A stretch of DNA of 64,000 nt from a virus. Within the stretch, counting starts at the first letter, position 1, and each line of letters begins with the position of its first letter. This document shows, piece by piece, positions 24,891-35,512 of this stretch. The notes beneath the pieces are model-generated. The model ran no database searches and was not told the origin of the DNA. It saw only the letters and a program-made list of their open reading frames with translations. The position numbers and the translations under genes are program-made. The DNA is taken from IMG/VR virus record IMGVR_UViG_3300035661_000023, positions 1 to 64,000 of that record; one strand, written 5' to 3'.

Positions 24891-26254
24891 GTGATGCTAA
24901 ATCAAACTTGAGCAATTTTGTTGCCAGAGTCAAAAAGAATGGTCTACTCTCTGCATCTCATTTCTATGTAGTCATACCTAATTTTAGCCCAAACGCTTCA
25001 GACAGAGATCTGCTAATGTTCTGCGATGCCGCTGATATTCCTGGCATAACTCTGATGACAACGGAGATCAGACAATTTGGAGAATTGACAACACTTCCAC
25101 ATGCTCCAATGTATCAACCCGTGCAGCTGTCTTTCATTTGTGATTCTACTATGGATGTTAAGTATGCATTAGAAAACTGGATAGATTCTGTCTTTAATAG
25201 AAATACAAGATCATTTAATTTCTATGATTCGTACACAAAAGATATTGAAATTTATATTGTAGATAAACAGGGGAATGATGTCCACAAAGTAACTCTGTAT
25301 GAAGCATATCCAGTTTCTATTGGCAATATTCAACTGGATTACTAGCAAGAATCTATTGTGAAGGTGCCAGTTACTATTGCATATAAGTGGTGGGAGACTA
25401 GTTTTTACGGTAGTTCATATAAAGAAGATCAATTCCAACTGAATAGACATCTACCAGTATCTGTGCCTGTGCGCATGGGTAATATTAAGCCAGGGACTGC
25501 ACACTATTTTAATGGACAAGAATTCTCTGGCTTTGAATTCCTACAGTAGAACTTAGTATTGTCTCCAGAAAATCAAGGTATCTTCACCGGTATCACAGAA
25601 TCTGGTAATACTACTGGCAATGTTATGGCGAATGGTTCATTCACATAGATTATTGGTAACAAATCACAAGATATCATTAATCTTGGAAATGAAGTACAAC
25701 AGTAGTTCGGTCGTGCTGGAAATGGTCTATCAGCCGCGATGATGGTAGCACAGACAACAACTAGTCAAGGTGTCACCTATGCATCACAGATGGCAGTACA
25801 TGCAAAGACTATATCATCTGATATGTCTGGCTACGCTCAAGGTCTTGTACAACTAGGCCAAAATATCTAGAGTATTACCAAACCTGCTAGCATGATAGGT
25901 ACCGCTGTTTCTTCTCTGGGTGGGACTCTCTCGTCTATAGATAGCACATTGCAAATGGTGGGAATTAGATCTTAGCCGTTTCAGAATGTTGCTAGAGAAT
26001 TATATGGGGTGGGAGGTAAGATCGGACAAGCCGTTAACTTGCATGGACTCGCAGGGGGTTTGCAAACTGTCGGTGCTAATATGTCTGCAACTAGTTCCAT
26101 ATTCCAGTAGGTATAGAGCCAATTGGCTGGAAAAGAAGGTTTCTCTAAACAGATTGAGACTGCAATGACACAGATGGGCAGAGCGTTCTAGAACAACGGC
26201 TCGAATACTATGAACGCAGCAAATGTGTTAGAAAATAGGGCAGGAGAATTTTAA
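24887..26254 (+). CDS. gp54: Tail-tube initiator gp54-like protein with a long C-terminal extension
   Basis: Tail-tube fold (CDAADIPG...LYEAYPVSIGNIQLDY*QE...VTIAYKWW). The frame continues through TAGs to a TAA overlapping the next ATG. Confidence 0.7.
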
Positions 26255-26670
26255 TGAGTAAAGCTATAAGTGAAGTATTTGATGTTGAACCATACCAGCA
26301 ACCTACACCACAGGCACCTATGGTTCAAGGAGACGAGATTTAGCATGATGCAGAATATGCTTCAGACAACATCAGAAAACTTATTGAAATCGGCATGGGT
26401 GCAGTAGAGGACGCGGCATCTGTTGCTAGAGACTCAGAGTCTCCAAGAGCATATGAAGTAGTTTCTACAATGATAAAGAATCTGACAGATATGAACTTAC
26501 AGTTAATGGATATCCATGGAAAGAAACAAGAGCTAAATAGAGGTAACGGGGCAACATCTCCACAAGGTGTCAGCAATGTAACAACAAATAATGCATTCTT
26601 TGTAGGAACTACTAAAGATCTTAATGAATTGATTATGAAAAGGATGTCTGGAAATGGCAACACAATCTAA
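26254..26670 (+). CDS. Terminase small subunit-like protein (gp16-like)
   Basis: DAEYASDNIRKLIEIG...ARDSESPRAYEVVSTMIK...NNAFFVGTTKDL. Confidence 0.75.
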
Positions 26671-27373
26671 ATTAGCAAATCTAACTGTTTCACCTCTGTA
26701 TGATGTGATTATACCATAGACTCAAGAAAAAGTAAAATTTCGTGCATACAATGTAAAAGAAGAGCGTGCACTGTTGACTGCAGATGAGTAGGGTGATGGA
26801 TCTGTTATGATCTAGACATTGAACCAAGTCGTTCTGAACTGTCTCACACCAACACCAAAATCATTAACATCATTTGATCTAGAGTATATCTTTTCTCAGA
26901 TTAGATCCAAATCTGTTGGTGAAGTAGCTGTGATCAAAGTAGGCTGTGATGAGACTGAATGTAAAGATGTATAGATTGAATACAGATATGATCTATCTAA
27001 TTTGAAGGTTGTATTCCCAGAAGGTATTGCTAAGACTATCAAATTATCCGACATAATCGCTGTGAAGATGAAATACCCATCCGTTGAAGATTCACTAAGA
27101 ATAGAGTTTATCAAGTCAGAATCTGACAAAAAATATGAAGCTATCAAGTCATCTATCGACCTGATTTATCATGGAGACGAGGTAATTCATGTGGATGAAG
27201 AACCACCAGAAGCGATTGTTGGGTTCATTGATGGTCTGAACCCACAATAGTATAGAAAACTAGAAGGTTTCTTTGAAGATATGCCATATCTGGAAGGTGA
27301 ATTAAAGTATCGTTGCACAAAATGCAAAAAAGATCATACTAAAAAAGTGAGAGGTCTGGCTAATTTTTTCTGA
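26654..27373 (+). CDS. gp26: Baseplate hub subunit gp26
   Basis: YDVIIP*TQEKVKFRAYNVKEERALLTADE*GD...FDLEYIFSQIRSKSVGE...MKYP...GLANFF. Confidence 0.85.
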
Positions 27374-27375
27374 TA

Positions 27376-27546
27376 ATGCTCTGTCATGAAAGTCTGGAGA
27401 ACCATTACAGAACGAATTTTCTTCTCCAACACAAATTCAATTATTCCATGACAGAGCTAGATGAAATGTTGCCTTATGAAAGAGAAATCTACATAGGGCT
27501 ATTGTTACAATACCTGGAAAAGAAACAACAGCAAAATGCAAGCTAA
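27376..27546 (+). CDS. gp51: Baseplate hub assembly protein gp51
   Basis: MLCHESLENHYRTNFLLQHKFNYSMTELDEMLPYEREIYIGLL. Confidence 0.85.
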   Translation: MLCHESLENHYRTNFLLQHKFNYSMTELDEMLPYEREIYIGLLLQYLEKKQQQNAS

Positions 27547-29326
27547 TATACTAAAGTCAGTATCAGGAATTCTTTCCGCTGATTAGATTCAGAAGAAAGT
27601 TGACAAGGTAGAAGAGACCGATAAGAAAAATACAGATCGGTTAGTCAATGCTATGCACAATTTGACTAAGACACTAGTCAAAATAGAAAAAGATTCATTG
27701 AAACAGACAGGAAAAGACAGACCGACAATTTCTGGGCTTATTAATCAAGCAAAACTGGCAAAGGAAAAATTCACAACCAAAGCCGGTATTGTAGGTATGT
27801 TAGCTGACAAAGTAGCTGACCGCCCAATTTTAGGTGCTGTAATGGGATCCGTTGCTGCGCATTTAGAAAACAAGTCATCAAATAAAGCTAGAGAAGAATC
27901 ATTTGTGTCTGTTGTTAGCAAACAAACTAAACTCGGCAGAGATTTAATCGCGGATAAAGGAGAAGCAGGAGCAGCAAAAGAGCTAGCATCAATCTATAAA
28001 GAAAAATCGAAATTAGAAAACATCGTTGAAGCCAAAAAGGCAAAACAGTCTGCAATTAAAGCCGAAGGTAAAGAACATGGAGTTAATGCAGATCTGTTAC
28101 CCGAAGAATTAAAAGAACTTCAAGATAATGAAGAAAAATTAAAGAAGATTGTTTCATTTATTAATGAAGGGATGAAACAATCTCCAGATAAAACTGACCC
28201 CGAATCGGAAAAAAGTAAAGAGGGACATGATTCACAAGTGTTAATGTCTGATGAGGAAGCAAAACAACTCAGAGAAGAATTAATTCAATCCATTATGGAT
28301 GGGATGCATGCAGGTTATGATGAGTTGTCGGCTGAAGAAAAGGCTGCACTTGAAAAAGAAGACCCAGAAAAGATCAAAGGTATTAGAGAAGGTATTGAGA
28401 AGGAGGTTTTATCTCTTAGCAAGCAACAACTCCACGAATTAATGAAAATTTCTTCTGAGTTAGATCATGATGAAGATGCACAAAAAGAAGCAGAGATAGA
28501 AAGCAAAAACAAATTACTACAACCGATATAGAAAGAAAATACACCCAAGGAAGAAAAAAAAGGATTTTTCAACTCGATACTCGGTTCTTTTGATAAAATG
28601 TTTAGCCCGTTGAAAAATGTCATCGGGATATTTTCTAGTTTATCTGGAATGATGGGTAGATTTATTCCCATGGTTGGGAGTCTGTTGAGCGGACTTGCCC
28701 CAATTTTAGGACCTATGGCGGCTGTTGCTGCGGCAGGTGCGGGTGGTGCTATGATAGGGAATGCTATAAATGACGCAGTAGAATCATAGACAGGAGTATC
28801 AGTAGGGACCCACGCCGGTGATATGATTGACTCTTTCAAAGGTAGTTCCATCGGGAACATGTTAGGGTTTCAATAGGAAGATCAACAACAGAAGGAACAA
28901 GAACAAAAGGGGGCAGAGGACTCTTATAACAAAAAATTGAAAGATGGAAAACAGATATCAGAATATCAGGCGAAATACTACTCGGAACATGGTATAAAGG
29001 TAGATCCGGCTCTTATCACCAAAGATAAAGCGCCTATTGAGAAATAGGTCAAAGATAAAGCGCCTATTGAGAAATAGGTCACCGATGAAGCACCAAACAA
29101 ATTAGAAAAAGAAGCATACATGGAACGGGCAACCGATGCCGTTGTGCAACTGGATGAAGAAAATGAGAAAGCAGATAAAAAATCAACTCAACCTGTAGTA
29201 AGTGGCCCAACAGTTGTCAATGCACAAAAGACATTCAATAATACAACTCAAAATATTGTCAGGCCTCAAATCAGAAATCCAGAACCATAGTATATCAGGG
29301 TAGAATCTAGAAGGTTTGCTTTCTAA
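27536..29326 (+). CDS. Putative tape-measure/hub protein (gp29-like)
   Basis: 596-aa helical protein after gp26/gp51 with a Gly/Ala-rich hydrophobic segment and C-terminal RNPEP*Y. In frame via TAGs. Confidence 0.6.
29020..29079 (+). repeat. Perfect 30-bp tandem duplication inside the gp29-like gene
   Basis: caaagataaagcgcctattgagaaataggt occurs twice and encodes KDKAPIEK*V twice. Confidence 0.9.
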
Positions 29327-29331
29327 ACTAG

Positions 29332-29354
29332 AAAAGGGCCTAAAGGCCCCTTTC
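29332..29354. terminator. Bidirectional intrinsic terminator between convergent genes
   Basis: aaaaGGGCC taaa GGCCCctttc hairpin between stops at 29326 (+) and 29355 (-). Confidence 0.7.
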
Positions 29355-29594
29355 TTATTCTGCTTTTTTCTTACTAATTTTTTTCGTGGTTGGTGCTTCA
29401 ATGGGGATCTCAATAGCATCTTCAAGAGAAGGTACTTGTGCGGCTTCAGCAGCCGCTTCAGCAGCCTTAGCAATCTCTGCCTAAACCTTATCCAATTCCT
29501 ATTGTGCATCAGTAACAGCAGAGTCATTTCCAGCGCGTGTATGGAAAGCAACCATGCGTTCCAGTGCTTCTGCATGTGTCTTTTTATTAAACAT
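29355..29594 (-). CDS. Small Ala/Glu/Lys-rich protein
   Basis: MFNKKTHAEALERM...AQ*ELDKV*AEIAKAAEAAAEAA...KKKAE, with GGAG upstream. Not in the track because of TAGs. Confidence 0.6.
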
Positions 29595-29613
29595 AATCTT
29601 CTCCAAATAAAAA

Positions 29614-29634
29614 TGGAGAGGGAATTCCCTCTCC
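29614..29634 (-). terminator. Hairpin downstream of gp32
   Basis: Palindromic ggagagggaattccctctcc followed by a T-run on the minus strand. Confidence 0.55.
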
Positions 29635-29649
29635 TAGATCAATTATTTA

Positions 29650-31273
29650 TCAATTGTCGGAAATAGACCGAAAATAATCTTCTATATCATCGCCATCCGA
29701 ATCAGGTTCGGCTTGTGGGGCAGGTTTAACTTTTGTTTGAACTTTTGGTTCAGTGACAGTCTTACCCTGAGTCTTAGGAGCAGCAACAGGCATCGCTGAC
29801 ATTGACTCTGCAACTTCCTCGGCAGTCTTAGTACCAACAGTAATTCCATTCATGACTGCATCAAACTTACGCTTGAGTTCGTCATAAGATTTGAACTTTG
29901 AAGGAGCAATAAGTTCCTTCAATGGTTGCATCTTGTTGAGAATTTCAACAATTTCCTCATCCGAACCTGCGATAGGAGAAGCATCAGCAAACTCAGATTT
30001 GTCATAGTTAGGATAACCTTCTACTTGACGCATGCGCAGTTTGAAATTTGCACCCTCGAACGGGTCGAACGGATTCAGTGGTTTCTCATCTTCGAATGTT
30101 GGATTAGCAGATTCCATCAACTTTTCAAAGATTTTCTTGCCAAATTTAAACTTCATCACACTACCTTCTAATTCCGGCTTAGTTGGATAAGACACAATCA
30201 GAATATTAGCGATGTAATTCAGGCGGCGCTTGGACTTGCGAGCAGATTCTTTATCTGCCTCGAGACCGGTCTTCCATAGTGCAGCATTATACTCACTTCG
30301 TTTGTGTTCAACACCAATCGTTACTTGATGCCCGTATTTCATACAGCTCCAATTTTCACTGGAGACCAGACTATATCTTGTTCTCTGATTTGTCTCAAAG
30401 AACCTCGGCATTTCGAATCACTTGATTCTACTCCACATAGGATAGTCGTTGAACCTTCTTCATGCTTGATAATCAAACCACTATCAAGGTTAGAAGCTTG
30501 GCTGCTGATTGCCCAATCTAACAATTTCTTAGACCCGTCAAGTTTGCCCTTTCGGGCTTCGCTTTTACTAGGAATGATCAAAACTGCAACTTTATTCTGC
30601 ATCATAACACTTCACCATTGAACTTATTTCTAATAATCTCATTTCTTATTGTTTTTGTGAAAATGCAATAAGAATTATAACCATGTGTGAAGTTATGATA
30701 ATTTTTCATATTACCACACTCACAGATATCATCTCCAGATTTTTTCAAATACTTGTCATAGTATTCTCTAGATGTAATTCCCATAGCTCTGAGATTGTTT
30801 AAAAAGCCTCTTAGATGTTGATAATGTTTTCCTGTAATTACGCATGTTATACTCATCTGAATCTCTTTTAAACTATTATTGAAAAATGATTCAGAGCACA
30901 ACAACACTTTGTGGGATTGTTAGCTTAAGGGGATTCCAGCAATTAACCGAGTTTTCACTGAAAGATTACTCTATCAGGCCGCTAGAAAGTTAACGGGATC
31001 TGCTTCACCGAGAGTAGTACGGCTGTTTTCAATATACCACCGACCAGTAGGACCTTGGAAAGCATGGTTGTAAATGCTCACCCAGGGTAGTTCGTCATCG
31101 GGGTGTTTTGGCAGGAAGCGAATGACAGCAGAACCGTTGCCGGCTTTGTCACGTTCCAGTTTGAAGAAATCATCGTTGTCATCTTTCTCATAAGAGGTGG
31201 TCTTTTTCAAGGCCTATTGAAGAGAAGCGAAGTCACCACGTGACTTGCGAAGATCTGAAAGAGTAAAGCTCAT
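29650..31273 (-). CDS. gp32: Single-stranded DNA-binding protein gp32 (exons 30993..31273 and 29650..30298)
   Basis: DKAGNGSAVIRFLP...HAFQGPTGRWYIENSRTTLGEADP|V|SEYN...KFGKKIFEK...GANFKL...NYDKSEF, plus an acidic tail. Spliced length is 930 nt, in frame. One TAG near the N-terminus. Confidence 0.92.
30299..30992 (-). mobile_element. Group I self-splicing intron in gp32
   Basis: Exon ends in U, intron starts TAA and ends in G. P1 pairing CCGU/GCGG. Core elements P (AATTGCTGGAA), Q (AATCAGCAG), R (GTTCAACGACTA) and S (AAGATATAGTCT). P3 pairing CTCGGT/GCCGAG. Removal restores DPVSEYN. Confidence 0.92.
30602..30856 (-). pseudogene. Truncated intron-encoded homing endonuclease remnant
   Basis: MSITCVITGK...EYYDKYLKKSGDDICECGN...GYNSYC is a Cys-containing DNA-binding-type N-terminus. 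It stops at TGA with no recognisable nuclease domain. Confidence 0.6.
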
Positions 31274-31334
31274 TTTATTTTCCTTTAAGTTAAAGCGGAC
31301 TTGCCGCTACAATTATAGTGCATATAGCACTGTT

Positions 31335-31529
31335 TTACTGAAGATCATCATCTTCAAACATTTCATCAATGTCTGAATAATCATCCTCATCAGTATTTAT
31401 ACTGCAGTAATGACGCCGAGAATTAAATTCTTTCTCGGCTTGTTCGCGCTGTTGTATTTTATAAGATTTGCTAGCTCTACGATCTAGTTCATCTTCATAC
31501 CGTTTATGGATATTCTTAACCTTAGACAT
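31335..31529 (-). CDS. Small hypothetical protein
   Basis: Track ORF between gp33 and gp32, basic N-terminus and acidic C-terminus. Confidence 0.6.
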   Translation of the reverse strand: MSKVKNIHKRYEDELDRRASKSYKIQQREQAEKEFNSRRHYCSINTDEDDYSDIDEMFEDDDLQ

Positions 31530-31531
31530 AA

Positions 31532-31822
31532 TTAGTCTTCTTCAAACTCCAAACGTGTTGACTTAGGCAAAAGACCTGCATCTTGCATTTCTGCTGATAC
31601 TTTATCTTTTAGAGATACTGTCAGCATTTTTGCTAATGTCTCATACTCTAGATCATACACTTCACAAAAGTCAACAAGAACTGATGTTAATGTTGTAGAG
31701 TCTCTCTTGGCAAGAGTTTCTATAAACTCTGAGAACTCAACTGCAGTCTTGAATATCAGATTCGGGGGATTCTGAGCCAACTTTGCCAAGTCAGCTCTTT
31801 CAAAGATTTCAACTCCAGGCAT
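31532..31822 (-). CDS. gp33: Late-transcription co-activator gp33
   Basis: FSEFIETLAK...VLVDFCE...LAKMLTVSLKDKVSAEMQDAGLLPK, located upstream of gp32. Confidence 0.8.
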   Translation of the reverse strand: MPGVEIFERADLAKLAQNPPNLIFKTAVEFSEFIETLAKRDSTTLTSVLVDFCEVYDLEYETLAKMLTVSLKDKVSAEMQDAGLLPKSTRLEFEED

Positions 31823-32048
31823 ATGCTTGTGTCATACGATGCAGACGTTGGACCAAAGAATATTCTTCTGAAATATCTTTGAATTTTTTAGACTTCATGA
31901 AACCCGAGCGCTTCATAGATTGATCTGCTTCCATATCCAAGATTCGAGTTTTATGCTCGAGAATCATCTTAATATCATCCATGCGCTGGAGATTACGCTC
32001 ACGTTTTGCGGAGAGAATAGCAACTTCAATTTTACGGTATTTCATCAT
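31809..32048 (-). CDS. Hypothetical protein
   Basis: Track ORF, likely start MMKYRKIEV. Confidence 0.55.
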   Translation of the reverse strand: MMKYRKIEVAILSAKRERNLQRMDDIKMILEHKTRILDMEADQSMKRSGFMKSKKFKDISEEYSLVQRLHRMTQAYAWS

Positions 32049-32062
32049 TTTAGTACTTTCGA

Positions 32063-32278
32063 TTATCTGCCAATAGAAATAAGTTGAAAAATCATAAAGA
32101 AAAAGGTAGCACCAATTGCAAAAAGAACAACGAAAGTCACTAGTGCTGTGATAGGTAGAAGTAACAGAAACCACGAAAGATCACGTGCATAACAAGGAGC
32201 GTGCACCAATTTCAGTAAGATTGTCACCAACCACATGATCACACCACAAATAATCAGACCGATAGTAGGGAAAATCAT
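32063..32278 (-). CDS. Small two-helix membrane protein
   Basis: Hydrophobic ORF (LLKL...SWFLLLLP) with GAGGA RBS, directly downstream of an early promoter. Confidence 0.65.
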   Translation of the reverse strand: MIFPTIGLIICGVIMWLVTILLKLVHAPCYARDLSWFLLLLPITALVTFVVLFAIGATFFFMIFQLISIGR

Positions 32279-32292
32279 TTCAATATCCTCAT

Positions 32293-32336
32293 TGTGTAGC
32301 CTTTAGATGTATTATACCACACAACCGAATAAAAGT
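32293..32336 (-). promoter_or_regulatory. Sigma70-type early promoter, copy 1 of a 44-bp direct repeat
   Basis: ACTTTTATTCGGTTGTGTGGTATAATACATCTAAAGGCTACACA contains an extended -10 (TGnTATAAT). Identical to 32712..32755. Confidence 0.8.
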
Positions 32337-32711
32337 TCAAATTTTAGACAAAGATGTTATAAGTTTTGCTGCACTTCCATTGCCAGTCTCAAATACATCC
32401 CAAAGCCCCATCAATTTTTCATAGTTCAACTGGATCCAATCTGAAATGTCATCAATTTCACGTTGATCAAGTTTGCAAGATTTTGGTGTTAGGACCTGAG
32501 GAGTTTTGCTCACCGACATAACGAAACAAGAACTTGTGTTCATCTTGCCTCTTGTATTCGACACCTTGATCCTAGGGCCATGCTGACCACCTACTTCTCC
32601 TAACCAAATGACATATGGCAGCCCTGTATCTTCTGGGACAAGATTTGCCATTTCATCTAGAAATGATTCCAGAATAATCATTTCTTTGTTATATTCTTTG
32701 AATGTTTTCAC
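32337..32711 (-). CDS. Hypothetical protein with MKTFKEY N-terminus, flanked by the promoter repeat
   Basis: GTG start at 32711. EMANL...TGLPYVIWLG...HGPRIKVS...WIQLNYEKLMGLW. Confidence 0.7.
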   Translation of the reverse strand: MKTFKEYNKEMIILESFLDEMANLVPEDTGLPYVIWLGEVGGQHGPRIKVSNTRGKMNTSSCFVMSVSKTPQVLTPKSCKLDQREIDDISDWIQLNYEKLMGLWDVFETGNGSAAKLITSLSKI

Positions 32712-32755
32712 TGTGTAGCCTTTAGATGTATTATACCACACAACCGAATAAAAGT
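32712..32755 (-). promoter_or_regulatory. Sigma70-type early promoter, copy 2 of the 44-bp direct repeat
   Basis: Identical 44-mer, with a GTGTAC -35-like box overlapping its 5' edge. Confidence 0.8.
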
Positions 32756-32759
32756 ACAC

Positions 32760-33182
32760 TCAGAATGAATTCTTTTTCAGTGCCTACTAGACATGCTTCT
32801 TAGTCACACGGAAAGATACCCACTGATTGTAATATGCATCACTGAACATCGCTCTTTCTTCCATGATATACCGAGTTTCCTCATAGTTGCATTCCTACTT
32901 CTAGAAGCAGAACTTGATGATTTCTCGCTTAAATTTATCTGCACCAAGAGAAGCAACTTCTTCTTGAAGTTCCTGATTCTATCCGTAGTAAGTCTTCCAG
33001 TCAGACTCTACCATCATCTTCTTCTTAACACCCTTGAATTGCTTTGTTCTGCGGAACTGAAGAAGTTTTTTTCCGAGATACTGCCGACCTGTATCCAAAC
33101 GAGTAATCCTGTAGATAAAACCTATTGCCTTTTCAGGTGGTTCATCTACAGGATCACCATTTAGAAACCACTCATTACTCAT
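32760..33182 (-). CDS. GIY-YIG-family endonuclease (T4-like conserved)
   Basis: GFIYRITRLDTGRQYLGKK...ESDWKTYYG*NQEL...FKREIIKFCF*K*ECNYEE...YYN. Confidence 0.8.
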
Positions 33183-33318
33183 CATCAGTTTCGTCAAGTG
33201 GTGCAGGAGAACCACACACTGGACAGTACTAAATTTGCGCATCATCAAAGTCATCCCCAAGAATAACTTTGACATCAACACCACAATCATCGCATGTAAA
33301 AACAACCTTCTGAGACAT
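33175..33318 (-). CDS. Small zinc-ribbon protein
   Basis: MSQKVVFTCDDCG...I*YCPVCGS has two CxxC motifs separated by an in-frame TAG. Confidence 0.7.
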
Positions 33319-33375
33319 TATAGAGACCTTTCATATAGTAAAATATACTCAGATCTATATATTCATCTCATTATT

Positions 33376-33624
33376 TCACGCTAAGAATTCAATAATCTTT
33401 GCAGCGGGTTGATTACCAGTCATAGTACGGATAACTTGATCATTTTCGTCTACAATCAACATAGTTGGGACTGAGCGTACACCGAATTTCATTGCAACAT
33501 CAATCTGTGTATCAATATCGACCTTCTCCATAGAACGGACAAGTGGGTGATCAATTTCATTCAGTGTCATTTGCAGGCCTGCGCACGGCTGACACCATGA
33601 TGCACCTATCTTAACTAATTTCAT
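33376..33624 (-). CDS. Thioredoxin
   Basis: ASWCQPC active site and GVRSVPT. Confidence 0.9.
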   Translation of the reverse strand: MKLVKIGASWCQPCAGLQMTLNEIDHPLVRSMEKVDIDTQIDVAMKFGVRSVPTMLIVDENDQVIRTMTGNQPAAKIIEFLA

Positions 33625-33673
33625 ATTTCTTCTCCTTGATCATTGGCAAGCTAATGCCGTTTGTTGAAAATTC

Positions 33674-33717
33674 ATGAACTAATACACAATCTTTAGATGT
33701 GTATTTTCTTGCTTGAC
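33674..33717. repeat. Dispersed palindromic element, copy 3
   Basis: atgaactAATACACA atctttaga TGTGTATTttcttgcttgac. Confidence 0.75.
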
Positions 33718-33788
33718 TACCTGTGAACTAGAATAGATGTCTCATCTTGGGTGGATTGAACTCTGGGATCAATCCCAGATTCTATTTC

Positions 33789-35510
33789 TTAGCTACAGGC
33801 AACACATTCCGTGATTTTAGATGCGGCAATACCAGACTTGCTGTAAATGTAATACAGCCCGCGAATACCTTCATCAAGGAATGCTGCTTGATGTATTTCT
33901 GCGATCTTTTCCTCATCTTCTTCAGCCGAGCAGAATAAGTTCAGTGATTGCCACTGATCGACAAATCTACCTCGAGCCGAAGCTAATCGAAGAACAGCCA
34001 TCTGATCAATTTCAAACGCAGTCTTGAACACAGACTTCTCAAATGTATCAAGCCATTCTACGTGCTGAACTGAACCAAATGCCTCTGTGACCTGAGCAAT
34101 ATTCTGCTTGGTGTACACACCCTTCTTCTTCATTAACTTCAGTAGTGTGGGGTTGATTCGATCAACTTCACCTGCTGCTGTAGACTGAGTGAATGTCATA
34201 GCTGGATCAGGATTGATACCTTCAGAAATTCCACCCATAATCAGTGCAGTTGATTTGGTTGGCGCAATTGCAATCCTATGAGTATTTCTGATACCAAAAC
34301 CTTCACACCACTCGGGTTCACCAAGTTCAATAGCCATCTCTCGAGATGCCCTCAGTGACTCATCATGGATATGTTTCGCAATCTCTTGTGACAACATGTG
34401 GGCTTCTAGACCTTCAAATGGCAACATTCTTTCCTGAAGAAGTGTGTGGAATCCACATTGGCCCAGACCGAGAGCACGACCTCTTACGGTAGCACGAACT
34501 GCAGATTCAAGACCTTTGATGTTCTGCGCGCGTTCAATGAACTCAGAAGCAACACAGTCCAAAAAGACCGTCATCCAGAAAATAGCATCTGAATTTTTGA
34601 TCAGATCCCATTTCACCACATTGGCAGAAGATAGCACACAAGTGAAAGTATGTTCTTCTCCTTTGTATAATCCAGCGAATAAAGTAATTTCATCACACAA
34701 GTTTGAAGCCTTAACAGTAAGGCCAAATTTCTTATATGTTTCTGGATTGTTTCGATTGATCTTATCAATGAAACAGAAGTATCCCTTCCCGGTCACCATC
34801 TTCAGTTTCAACACTTTACGGAAGCGGCGGATAGCTTCCTCATCACCAGATTTGAGATTTTCGATATACTCATCGGTAATATTCCAGCCAATGTTTGCAT
34901 CATCAGGCTCAGCTGCTACATAATCTGCAATCTCATCAAAGTCACCATGATCGATAGGGAGATAACCAGCCCAGGCACCTCTTCGGGCAGTACCTTGCGC
35001 TACATTTCTCATGGTATGAATTCGATCTTTGAACACAGGAAGAACACCTGATGCCTTGCCGCCTACGGATATAGAAGTACCACGTGGGCGGATACTCCCC
35101 AAATAAGAACTGGTACCAAACCCATATTTTGTGAGCAGTGCGGTTTCGGTCAGATCAGAATAAAAACCATAGATGCTGTCTTCAATTGTGCCACCTGAAC
35201 AACTCACCGGCATACCGCGAGTTGTCCCCATATTTGCCAGAACTGGGGTAGAAGGGCTCATCAGACCATCCCATAATAGAGAGAAGAACTTGGTTTCAGC
35301 CTGTGTTTCGTACTTAGTCCCTTTTAGATGTTTTGCAGCAGTCTTTGCAATCCTCTCGAACTGACCTCTGACACTTCTACCGCCGGTATCATACTCATAC
35401 TTTTCCTTGAACAACTGATACCCACCAGATGTATACCATTCTGGTACAAGATCTTCTTCTTGAAGGTGTTTTCGTTCTTCTGACAACTTTTCATAAATGC
35501 TAACCGACAT
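33789..35510 (-). CDS. nrdA: Ribonucleotide reductase class I alpha subunit
   Basis: SPSTPVLAN, PVSC, SNLCDEI, TCVLSS, AIAPTKSTA, QSLNLF, LYY and C-terminal CVAC. Confidence 0.95.
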   Translation of the reverse strand: MSVSIYEKLSEERKHLQEEDLVPEWYTSGGYQLFKEKYEYDTGGRSVRGQFERIAKTAAKHLKGTKYETQAETKFFSLLWDGLMSPSTPVLANMGTTRGMPVSCSGGTIEDSIYGFYSDLTETALLTKYGFGTSSYLGSIRPRGTSISVGGKASGVLPVFKDRIHTMRNVAQGTARRGAWAGYLPIDHGDFDEIADYVAAEPDDANIGWNITDEYIENLKSGDEEAIRRFRKVLKLKMVTGKGYFCFIDKINRNNPETYKKFGLTVKASNLCDEITLFAGLYKGEEHTFTCVLSSANVVKWDLIKNSDAIFWMTVFLDCVASEFIERAQNIKGLESAVRATVRGRALGLGQCGFHTLLQERMLPFEGLEAHMLSQEIAKHIHDESLRASREMAIELGEPEWCEGFGIRNTHRIAIAPTKSTALIMGGISEGINPDPAMTFTQSTAAGEVDRINPTLLKLMKKKGVYTKQNIAQVTEAFGSVQHVEWLDTFEKSVFKTAFEIDQMAVLRLASARGRFVDQWQSLNLFCSAEEDEEKIAEIHQAAFLDEGIRGLYYIYSKSGIAASKITECVACS

Positions 35511-35512
35511 AT

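Noticed and set aside
29183-29666. Track ORFs 29183..29575 (-) and 29316..29666 (+)
   Set aside because: They cross a terminator and overlap better-supported genes. The recoded 29355..29594 ORF explains the region.
30299-30605. Track ORF 30339..30605 and the N-terminal extension of 29650..30411
   Set aside because: They overlap the intron catalytic core (Q, R, S, P9) and are not protein-like.
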